A stretch of DNA of 20,000 nt from Trypethelium eluteriae (lineage: Eukaryota): the NCBI GenBank assembly GCA_051942245.1, contig JAVECL010000059.1:47896-67895 (forward strand), written 5' to 3'. The notes beneath the pieces are model-generated. The model saw nothing but the letters and a program-made list of their open reading frames with translations, had not been told where the DNA came from and made no database searches. Both the position numbers and the translations under genes were made by a program. This document shows, piece after piece, positions 1-9,428 of this stretch. The stretch's first letter is position 1, and each line of letters opens with the position of its first letter.

Positions 1-435
1 TTGGAAAGTCCAATAGTGCGGGTGAAACGCAAAAGTGTGAAAGGTAGAGGTTGGTTGTCAACACTGAAAATTGACGATCACACGTTTACTGAGGCAAAGA
101 AGTATTATCTATCAACTATGGATTCATTGAGATGCGCAGTCCTGGAGCATTTACATCGTTCGCTCATGCTTTTAAACATCGTGATGTTCGCTACGAACAT
201 GGTGCTCACAGAAGACGATCCCTAGATTGCACAAACCCAACCAGTACCCAGCATCACCATTGAGAAAGGCGCGGTCATGCCAAAAGCCATGACGACGCGC
301 ATGCATAGAGCGAGAATTGGATTCGTTAGATTGGCATGCCCTGTGTATAGCCGTAACCATTCGCTCAACAAACCCCGCCGAGTCACTGCTTCTCTTATGT
401 GCCCCTCCTTCCAGGTATCTCCTTGCACCGAGTGT

Positions 436-1156
436 TTAAGCACCCCTGGGGGCTTCCTTAGCGTCAATAGCAGCCTCTTCACCCATAGCAGTCAAGACGA
501 TGACGTCTGTGAAATCACTGGTAAGCATAGTGCATAATGTGCATCTTGCTAGAAACGTACTGGTATCCTTGGAATCCTGGTTAAAGAGCTTATCAATCTT
601 CTCACCAACTTCCCCGTCGGGAAGTTTGACATCGTCTTTGGTAGAGCCGTCGTCAGACATGAGAGAAAGGAAACCATCATCGGTGACATCAAGCTGAGAA
701 CGTGTAAGTCGTGTAATTTGACCGGTATATGTAGAAGTCGTTAACTTACAAGCTGGAATTCCTTGCGGCTGACGTTGGGGACGTCCATGTTATGGGTGGA
801 GGGGCAAAGATCTTCGAGCTTCTTGCTGGTGAAAATGTCGATGGCAACAAGATGGACCTTCGCGTGACCGTGTTTGCCAGTCTTGGAGGTAGACATTTCA
901 ACAATCTTGCAAGGACGGCCCTTGATAACGACGAAACCGTTCTTCCTCAAGGCCGAGCATTGCATAGGAAAAGTGGTGGAGGCACCGGCATCAGCGCTCT
1001 CGAAGGTGACTTCATGCTGTTCAAGGCGACCGAGTCAGGGCGAGTTCTCTCCTTTGGCGCAATGATGCAGGGTGTGAAGATAATGTGCGAGTCGGAAGCA
1101 ATGGCGGGGCAATCGCGAGGGGAAAGTCTTACCTGGGCGTCGTTGTTCTCGGCCAT
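436..1156 (-). CDS. eIF5A: Eukaryotic translation initiation factor 5A, 164 aa; exons 1156-1133, 1016-750, 693-561, 506-436
   Basis: Spliced product [70 protein letters not shown]...[14 protein letters not shown]...[26 protein letters not shown]. Contains the invariant hypusination motif [12 protein letters not shown]. Donors GTAAGA, GTAAGT and GTACGT with CAG acceptors; exon total 495 nt, in frame. Confidence 0.97.
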
Positions 1157-1673
1157 GTTGATGAAAAGTTTACAAAGAAAGTCAGGCAGAGGCGCAAATC
1201 TGCGAAAAGTCGAAGGCGAAGGCGGGTACGTGGGAAAAGGTTGGTTGTGAAAGGTGAGGAGTGGGAGGCAGAACCTGGAAAAGAAGAAGAATCTTAGAAC
1301 GAGTCCTGACTTGGATGGGAAAGTGCGCACTTCGCATTCGGTTCGTCCGGCGTGGGGTACCACCAATCAACGCCACTATACCTGAAGCAGTAATCTCACA
1401 TTCAACCTGAAGTGTCCGGCCGCCATCTACAGTGCACAAGCCGCAACCCCCTTCGCCTTCGTCTCCTCTGATCTGTGAGACTTTTTGTGAGATTCGCTGC
1501 GACCAAGCTTAGGCGTTGTCTAGTTAACCGATCATCAAATACTTTGTTCTTTGCTCCTTTCCAAGGCCAGCATTTATTCTTAAGGCTGCAGGTGCTTCTT
1601 GCGCCGCAAGCTCAAAAATGTATAACCTACATGTACTCAATTGCAGATAATCCACAGCTCTGCCACATGAAAA
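1157..1673. promoter_or_regulatory. Divergent (head-to-head) intergenic region between eIF5A and VPS52
   Basis: 517 bp between the opposed start codons at 1156 (-) and 1674 (+). Positions 1160-1290 are pyrimidine-rich on the minus strand, resembling a fungal 5' UTR. No specific promoter elements assigned. Confidence 0.55.
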
Positions 1674-3740
1674 ATGTGGTTGAATCGCTCACCAGCCCAG
1701 ACGCCCTCTTCTGCGTCTCCTCCGCCACGTGATCGTCCATTCTCTCCTGCCACCGTGTCACCGCGAAGATCAAGCCACTTGACGCCCAACCCTCTTCCTC
1801 AGCGGCCTGGACTGCCATCTCGAGCCTCCTCCCTGTCATTGATATCAAATGCCTCGACGGAGAACCTACACGGCTCCAGAAGAGCGCCGAACGGCTCTTC
1901 TCTCAAGCATGAACTCAGTATATCTCCATCGATCAACGTTTCAAATCCACTGGAAGTTTTAGAGGGTATTCTGGGTACATCTTTGAGGAGGGATGAGGAT
2001 GAAAATGAGAATGAGGAGAAAAGGGGAAGGACAGAGAAATCAACGCCTCTGGAACAGGTGCAGGACATAGATTTTGGCGGACTGAGTCTCCAAGAATTTG
2101 CTGCGCAAGGCAGACCTGCTAGGCCATCAAGACCACGAACATCGACGGAGGCGTATGTGGACAGTGCGCACACCATTGCGGGGTTTGAGAAAGAAAGAGA
2201 TAATTTCGAAGAGCTTCACCGCTCTATTTTGGCTTGCGATGATGTCCTCAAATCGGTAGAGACCTACCTAATGAGCTTTCAGAAGGACTTGGGTACCGTA
2301 TCTGCTGAGATTGAGACGTTACAATCTCGCTCCACGACTCTAAACACGAAGATGGAGAATCGAAAACGTGTCGAGAAGGTTTTGGGCCCGGCGGTAGAAG
2401 ACGTTGTCTTGTCTCCGGTGGTCGTCAAAAAAATAACCGAAGGACCGATCGATGAAGCTTGGGTCAAGGCTTTGGATGAAGTTGAGAGGCGGTCTAAGGC
2501 AGTCGATGGAAAATCTAAAGACGACAAAAGGATTCTGGCCGCAGATGATCTTCGACCATTACTGGAAAATCTTGTCAATAAGGCTGTTGAACGGATACGA
2601 GACTATCTAGTTGCTCAAATCAAGGCTCTTCGATCCCCCAATATGAACGCTCAGATCATACAACAGCAAGTTCTTCTCAAACATAAGGATGTGTATCCAT
2701 TTCTCCTTCGACACCAGCCTCAGCTCGCAGAGGATATCAGCCAGGCCTACATCAACACGATGAGATGGTACTACCTCAACAACTTTACCCGCTACAAAGC
2801 ATCCCTTGACAAACTCAAGATTCACGTCATCTCTGCACAAGAAGTCATCGGAAGTGACGAATCCGGAAAAAAGTCTAATGTTACTGCCAATGCTCGTATT
2901 GGTTCCGCCCCTCATGATGCCTTCTCTCTTGGCCGACGGATGGATTTGGTAAAAACTCATTCGCATGCCGCATTACCTTCTCACATCGCCGAAGAAGATC
3001 AGTCTACTCACTTCCTTGAAGTTCCTTTTCGGTCTTTTAACCTCGCTTTGATTGACAACGCTTCTGCGGAGTTCTCTTTTTTGACCGAATTCTTTGCGAA
3101 GCAAGGTTTCCATGGCATCACTCGCAAATTCAATACCATTTTCTCGCCAACGTTCGAACTGGGCCAGAGTCTGACCAGACAGTTAATCTCAGACCCCAAC
3201 ACCGACGCCCTGGGCGTCTTAATCTGTGTTCGGCTCAATCAAGCTTTCGCATTTGAGTTGCAGCGACGGAAAGTACCAGCAGTCGAGGGCTACATCAATG
3301 GGACGAACATGCTGCTTTGGCCACGCTTCCAAAAGAACATGGACATGCATTGCGAATCGATCCGACGGGCTATTTCTTCCATATCTGGCCGGAGCACTTC
3401 TGCACTTGCACTCACTTCGAACGCGCAAGGTGGTGCTTCTACCGCGCCACACCCCTTAACCCAGAGATTTGCCAATTTCGCTCAAGCAATCTTGGCTCTC
3501 AGCAGTGAGGCAGGCGACGACGAGCCTGTGAGCCATAGCCTGGGCAGATTGCGAACAGACTTCGAGGCTTTTCTCGCTAAGATGAGCAAGGGTGTGGCTG
3601 ATTCGAGGAAGAGGGAGAGATTCTTGGCGAACAACTATAGTCTGGTATTGACTATCATTGGTGATACACCAGGGAAGCTTGCGGATGAAGTCAGGGGGCA
3701 TTTTGAGGAAATGAAAGAGACGTACAGCGAGACCCGATGA
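1674..3740 (+). CDS. VPS52: Vacuolar protein sorting-associated protein 52 (GARP complex subunit, Sac2 family), 688 aa, apparently intronless
   Basis: Single long ORF with a disordered S/P-rich N-terminus followed by Vps52-typical segments: FEELHRSILACDDVLKSVETYLMSFQKDLGTVSAEIETLQSRS, RIRDYLVAQIKALRSPNMNAQIIQQ, AYINTMRWYY, FRSFNLALIDNASAEF, LLWPRFQ, PHPLTQRFA, FLANNYSLVLTII. Confidence 0.93.
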   Translation: MWLNRSPAQTPSSASPPPRDRPFSPATVSPRRSSHLTPNPLPQRPGLPSRASSLSLISNASTENLHGSRRAPNGSSLKHELSISPSINVSNPLEVLEGILGTSLRRDEDENENEEKRGRTEKSTPLEQVQDIDFGGLSLQEFAAQGRPARPSRPRTSTEAYVDSAHTIAGFEKERDNFEELHRSILACDDVLKSVETYLMSFQKDLGTVSAEIETLQSRSTTLNTKMENRKRVEKVLGPAVEDVVLSPVVVKKITEGPIDEAWVKALDEVERRSKAVDGKSKDDKRILAADDLRPLLENLVNKAVERIRDYLVAQIKALRSPNMNAQIIQQQVLLKHKDVYPFLLRHQPQLAEDISQAYINTMRWYYLNNFTRYKASLDKLKIHVISAQEVIGSDESGKKSNVTANARIGSAPHDAFSLGRRMDLVKTHSHAALPSHIAEEDQSTHFLEVPFRSFNLALIDNASAEFSFLTEFFAKQGFHGITRKFNTIFSPTFELGQSLTRQLISDPNTDALGVLICVRLNQAFAFELQRRKVPAVEGYINGTNMLLWPRFQKNMDMHCESIRRAISSISGRSTSALALTSNAQGGASTAPHPLTQRFANFAQAILALSSEAGDDEPVSHSLGRLRTDFEAFLAKMSKGVADSRKRERFLANNYSLVLTIIGDTPGKLADEVRGHFEEMKETYSETR

Positions 3741-4253
3741 GATGTGGTCTCTATTATGAGAAGTTCCTCCTGTGTATAGTATATGCACGGTTTCAGTGGG
3801 GCACTTGGGCTCGCTCGCCCAGTGTTGGTCTATATCTAGAGCCCCCATATTCTTCATACGAGTCTATCAAACACCTTGATTGCCGTCCGAAGGCTTTTCG
3901 AAGGGGACCTCGATTCGCTCAAGCACAATGAAAAACTTCCTCGACGGGTTTCCACCAAGGCCCACTTGCGCTTCCTGTAGCGCCCGGAAAAGGACTCTCT
4001 TGCATTTTATCCGTCATGTCCCACCACTCTCTGACCTTGGGATTAGCCGACATCGCTTTCATGTCGCTGTCCCAGTCACTGCCAACGTATTTGAAGCTAG
4101 CGAAAAGAAGACTTTTGGCATCATCGTAAAAAATGGAATCTAATAGAAAGGCAAGGGATAAGCGGGAACACTCTTCAGTGGGTAATAAAAATTAAGACTG
4201 AAAGAGGAAGGGAGCTCTACAATCTTCAATGTTACAGTCTTTGATTTGCTTGA

Positions 4254-4631
4254 GAACCTCGGGCCACACAGCGGCGTGGCATTTCTTGTAATCTTGTAGA
4301 TACTCTGGTCTGAGATAAACGTACTGTGCCACCCGTTTTGGTGGGGAAGACATATTTGTTTGTGATCAATGGACCTTAAATTTCTTGTTGTCCGGACTCC
4401 GGTTAAACAAAGCATACAGAGGTACATATGGTTACTCAAGCAGTTTTTGTCTCTCGGCGGGGCTAGTGGGTAGGTACGTACTCCGCACTTGCCGAGGTTC
4501 TTTCTGTAGAGGGACAACGGAGCTCAAGCCGGCGGCTTCGGTCCAGGCCGTCTCTTGCCGAGTTTCCACGGTCAGCCCAAGGTGCCAAGCTATACAATAC
4601 GTGCAGATTTACCTAACCTTGTCGCCCGAGG
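4254..4631. promoter_or_regulatory. Cluster of FarA/FarB-type CCTCGG sites and CreA-type SYGGRG sites upstream of carnitine acetyltransferase
   Basis: CCTCGG at 4257-4262; CCGAGG at 4492-4497 and 4626-4631. SYGGRG matches at 4341-4346 (GTGGGG), 4457-4462 (GCGGGG) and 4481-4486 (CTCCGC, reverse). CCTCGG is the established FarA/FarB core in fatty-acid utilisation genes of Aspergillus nidulans. Confidence 0.7.
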
Positions 4632-4677
4632 CAATCGTTCCGGCCTATACTTCGAGCCCCAAATTCAATTCTTACAT

Positions 4678-4704
4678 ATGCTGTGGGGATGTTCCAAGCG
4701 GTAG
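4678..4704 (+). other. Short out-of-frame uORF (MLWGCSKR*) overlapping the first ATG of carnitine acetyltransferase
   Basis: ATG CTG TGG GGA TGT TCC AAG CGG TAG. Starts 11 nt before ATG 4689 and stops after it. Whether it lies within the transcript is unknown. Confidence 0.4.
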
Positions 4705-6918
4705 CTCGCTCGAGAGCTTCTGCCACCTTCCCGTCCTCTCTTCTTCGACATCGAATCGCCACTACTTCTCCCTTCTTCAAAGTATGCAGTCCAATTCCCT
4801 CGACATGGCTCTAGAAATTGACTGATGTATAGATCGTTCAGTCTTCTGCGATGGCGCCAGCACGGAAACAAAGCAACTTGCCTCCTGGTATGGTTATCAC
4901 ATGTAAACTGCATGCTTGGAGCTGCGGAGACACAATTGGACAGAACCCGGGGCTGACATGCGTTTAGGCTACAGGGAAGACCACTCAAAAGGTGTCATGC
5001 TGCGCTTCGAGGACACCCTTCCAAAACTTCCAGTTCCAACGCTCCAGGAGACCGCCAAACGCTACCTCAAATCTGTACATCCACTCCTAAGCAAAGATGA
5101 ATATTCAGCCACACAAGGGGTGGTTGAGGAATTTGTCAAACCAGACGGACAGGGCGAAACATTGCAAAAGCGTCTTCAAGCTCGAGCAGACGAGCCAGGC
5201 CAGAGGAATTGGCTCGCCGACTGGTGGAACAAAACCGCATATCTCGATTACCGGGACCCTGTCATACCATATGTGAGCTACTTCTATTCGCACCGAGATG
5301 ATCGAAAGAGAAGGGACCCTGCAAAGCGCGCAGCCGCAATTACATCGGCCGCCCTTGAGTTCAAGAAGCAGGTTGATGCAAAGACTCTAGAACCAGAATA
5401 TATGAGGAAACTACCGATGGCAATGAGTAGCTATGAGTGGATGTTCAATGCGTGCCGAATACCAGAGAAACCTACAGACAAGCCTGTGAAATTCAATGCA
5501 CAAGAGCATAAGTACGTGATTGTTGCGAGGAAGGGGTCGTTCTACAAGGTACCAACAGAAATCGGAGGGAGCCAATTGAACACCAAGGAATTTGAACATT
5601 GCTTTAAAAGGATATTGCAGACTGCAGAAGAGGCGGATCCCATCGGTATTATGACAAGTGGGAATAGAGATGATTGGACTGAGGTTCGCTGTTTTCTGAT
5701 ACCTCCTTTTCCGCCTTGACTCAAAGACCCTCTACGACTCCAACAATACATATACGAGATACTGACATTCATAAAGTGGCGCAAGCATCTCCTCGATGCA
5801 TCTACCACAAATGCAAAGACCCTTCAGACCATCGAAGCCTGCGACTTCCTCATCTGCCTCGATACCGGAACCCCCATCACCCTCGAAGAGCGCGCCCACG
5901 CCTACTGGCACGGCACCGGCGCCAACCGCTGGTTCGACAAACCTTGCCAATTCATCATCAACGACAACGGCACCTCCGGCTTCATGGGCGAACACAGCAT
6001 GATGGACGGCACACCCACCCACCGCCTCAACGACTACGTCTGCGCCCTCACCTCCCACAACAAGCTCGACTTTGACAACCCCTCCATCCGAAGCAACCTC
6101 CCCGAGCCGCAGCGCCTCCACTTCGACCTCACACCCACCGTCCGCGCCGACATCACCGCCGCCACCGCACACTTCACCTCGCAGATCGGCGCGCACGAGC
6201 TGCGCGTCCAGGCGTACCAGGGCTACGGCAAGGGGCTGATCAAGCGCTTCCGCTGCTCCCCCGACGCCTGGGTCCAGCTGGTCATCCAGCTCGCGTACCA
6301 CAAGTTCTATGGGCGCAACCGGCCGACCTACGAGTCTGCCATGACGCGCAAGTTCCAGCTCGGCCGCACCGAGACGTGTCGCAGTGTCAGCGAGGAGAGC
6401 GTTGCCTTCTGCGATGCTATGGCGGATCCGAATGTTGGCGAGGAGGAGTGTCGGCGCAGGCTGCAGGAGGCGGTCAAGGTGCATGTACAGAATGTTAGTG
6501 ATGCCGCGGATGGGCGGGGTGTGGATCGCCATCTGTTTGGGTTGAAGAAGTTGGTGGCGGAGGGGGAGGAGCTGCCGGCGATTTTTCGGGATCCTGCGTA
6601 TGCGTATAGCTCGACGTGGTTTATTTCGAGCAGTCAGTTGAGTAGTGAGTACTTCAATGGCTACGGGTGGAGTCAGGTCGTTGATGATGGTTGGGGGTGA
6701 GTGCATTTGTTTTCTTGACTTCTTCCCTCTTTATAGATTGCGTTTGCTAACTGGAGACTATTAGCATTGCATACATGATCAATGAGAACAGCATCCAGTT
6801 CAATATCGTCTCCAAGAAGCTGGGGTCTGACCGCATGGCGTTCTATATCGCCGAAGCTGCTGGCGATATGCGAGACATCATGCTATCAACGCTGGAGGAA
6901 CCGAAGGCCAAGTTGTGA
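4689..6918 (+). CDS. CAT2: Carnitine O-acetyltransferase, mitochondrial/peroxisomal (Cat2/AcuJ type), 645 aa; exons 4689-4781, 4833-4887, 4968-5683, 5777-6696, 6765-6918
   Basis: Motifs LPKLPVPTL, NWLADWW, NRWFDK, catalytic GEHSMMDG (HxxxD), TYES, GRTET, GRGVDRHL and ISSSQL. Ends EEPKAKL* (PTS1). Exon 1 encodes the Arg/Ser-rich, acid-free MFQAVARSRASATFPSSLLRHRIATTSPFFK. Four GT-AG introns give 1938 nt in frame. Confidence 0.94.
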
Positions 6919-7547
6919 TCATACGTGAGTTTGATAAGAGTCACTATCGCATTCGCGCGGAAATATGGTTGGGAAGGCTTATCCACGGATTCGAAGATTT
7001 TAGAATAAAGTCGGATTTGGAAAAGAGACATGGTTTTTGCATTTTCGATCCTTTCTACTTGACCAGATTAACTGTTTTCAGGGTCGCATGCGAATCTGGC
7101 TCGAAGTCTATACAAGTACGACCATGATGTAAAATAGGCAAAGGATGTATAGATAGATGTGCTATATTCCTAAGTATTGTCTCAATATATCAATCCTTTG
7201 TGCTAAATGTCTTGAGAAATGGAGGCTTGGGTTTCTGGGGATTTACGGACCTGGCAGCCTCAATCACCGGAGCCCCCTTGACATACTAAACTACGACTCA
7301 CCGCTTATGCAAGAGATAAATAACAGTGAGTCGATTGATTCTCGAAGGAAAGGACAAGAGTGGAGAGAAAGAAGTTGGAATGGTTGATAAAGGTAGACTA
7401 ATCTTATACTGGCTCCATACTGAACATCACATGTATTAGGTAAGTCTCTAAATATTTAGTGAGATTGATCTATCTCGTTTGGTCCTATTCATATTCTTTG
7501 GATCACTTCACCATTTAAAGTGCTGGGCTATTCCAAGCATGGTGGCC

Positions 7548-8475
7548 TCAACTTTTGATCTCGCCAATTTCACCCACAATCATGTCTGCAATTCCTCGCA
7601 TATCCTCTTCCTGCAAGCCCGAGAGCTTGTTTGCGAAATTGGGCTTCTTTTCCCACAGCGCCCTCGTAAGGCCCAAGACACAGACAATCTGCTCAAGAGC
7701 TTCGTAGCTTCCGGCCTGCATCTCCCTTTTCATCTCTTCGATATACTCGTCTGCGCCTATATCGATTCTTTCGAGTGTCTTTCCCCTACTGACCGCTTCG
7801 AAAGCCTCCAGAATGTCTACCTGACTTACGCAAAAGCTTTGCACATACAGAACTTTCCCGTTTGTCTCATCCTCCTTCCTCAACACTCCCGCTACCGCCC
7901 TTCCAACCTGCGCCACCGTGCTACACGACCATCTGCCCACACCCCCCATCAAACAGCCTCACCGTTCCCTTTCGCAGCTCGAAGCCCAGCAGCCTGGACT
8001 TAAGCCCTTAGTCGAAGAAATGTCCAGTCACGAGACTGGACCAACTAAATCGCCCTTCGCTCTCCTCCATAAGCCGCTGGCAATACTCTCTCACAGCTGT
8101 CTTGTTGCGAAAGAGGCTAATCAGCTCTGCCACGACGGAATCATCGCTCTCCACGCTGCCATAGTCCGCGAGGACGTAGCGCCGCACGCCCGCCGCCACG
8201 CACGCGTCCGCAAGGCGCAGCTGCAGCTCCAGGGTCGAGGGGTGCAACGCGCAGACCAATGCGTCATGACCCTCAAGAGCGGTTTTGAGGTCTGCGAGAG
8301 TGGGAAAATCGGGGATAATGCTGAGGCGTGTGTTGGGGTAAGAGGGAACGGGCTTAGCGGTGGTGCGAACGAGGATGGTAGTTGAGAAAGGAGGAGATAG
8401 TTGAGCGAGGGCATCGAGGATGGCGGGGCCGATGCGCGAAGTGGCGCCGATCCAAGCGACGCGATGGAGGGTCAT
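7548..8475 (-). pseudogene. NmrA-like / isoflavone reductase family NAD(P)-binding oxidoreductase, disrupted (in-frame TAA at 8010-8008 and +1 frameshift in G6 run at 7947-7942); about 308 aa if repaired
   Basis: Rossmann start VAWIGATSRIGPAIL, then ALEGHDALV, QLRLADACVAAGVRRYVLADYGS, WSSLVTGHFFD*GLKSRLLGFEL...RLFDGG. Family-like sequence resumes in another frame: RWSCSTVAQVGRAVAGVL...TNGKVLYVQSFCVSQVDILEAFE. I found no plausible intron that removes both lesions. Confidence 0.8.
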
Positions 8476-9428
8476 GGTGGTGGTACCTTTAAGCAGAGTT
8501 AGCTTCGGTACAGTGTGGTTTCGTATTTCGATTCTGCACATCAAACGCTGACTTCCGGATGTCATGGACGCTCCGGCTACGCCTCTGATCTCTGCAATGG
8601 TGGCTCTGGAATTGTATTATTGTGGTACTATTATTTGTGGACGAGAGAATGCAGATCTGCACGAATTCGTCGTTCGCTTGACACTCCTTTGCGACCACAA
8701 TACTTTTCATCAGCTTGGAGATACCCTGCACGGCATGTACTCAGCGACTAATATGTTTCTATACGCTGCTATCTTAAGTTTGATATCTATATTAGACAGC
8801 AAAGCGAAGGCTGGCCCTTCCGATAAGCAGGTAGCCATCCAGGATCTAAAAGGAAGAGGCCGATCGGTACAGGAACGGTGGTGGCCAAATACTAAGATGA
8901 ACGTTTAAGAGATGAGAACGGGGCAGTGCAGCGCAGTCTTGAGAAATTGCATGACGAGCTGTGATCCCGATGGAACGGGCCGCGCGCCAAGGCTAGCCGA
9001 ATCCAGTGACACTACTACTGTAGTACTTCAAGACTTGCATTCCCCACCTTATCACCTTATTCTAGCTCCTACCTTGAACACGACCCCAAACGCGCACCGC
9101 CTATGATTCGTTGCTATATATAATCGAATGGCGCTATTCTGCAACTTGCTCTTCGATGTATGCATCTCGAAACCTTTCATCAACAAGAACATGCCTTGTC
9201 AAGCCACTTTTGGCTATTTACCCTTGGCCATTGAAGCATGTTGGATACCGATATGCAATTCATCCAACATGCGACGATCTTTGCTTGCCCCTGTGGCCCT
9301 TATAATTGTACTAAGCTCTGTATAACTTAAAGATGCGCTCCCTTTCGTCTCGAATTTGGCATTACAAGACTTCACCCTTCTAACCATCATCTTATATCTA
9401 TGTATGCCAATCTTCCTTTTCACCCAGA

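Noticed and set aside
792..1366. ORFs 792-1250 (+) and 947-1366 (-)
   Set aside because: Antisense shadow of eIF5A, and read-through of its 5' UTR, exon 1 and intron 1.
2153..2200. Perfect donor-like GTATGT inside VPS52
   Set aside because: The frame is open, the following residues lead directly into the conserved coiled-coil region, and no convincing branch site was seen.
4300..4380. CTGAGA motif suggestive of a TPP riboswitch
   Set aside because: The downstream conserved core (TGATCxGGxTAATxCCxGCG) is absent and the adjacent gene is unrelated to thiamine.
5732..6706. 324-aa antisense ORF
   Set aside because: It mirrors the GC-rich exon 4 of carnitine acetyltransferase almost exactly; explained by codon bias, with no recognisable motifs.
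7479..8414. Overlapping ORFs 7479-8003 (+), 7918-8385 (+) and 8121-8414 (-)
   Set aside because: Antisense or alternate-frame shadows of the NmrA-like gene.
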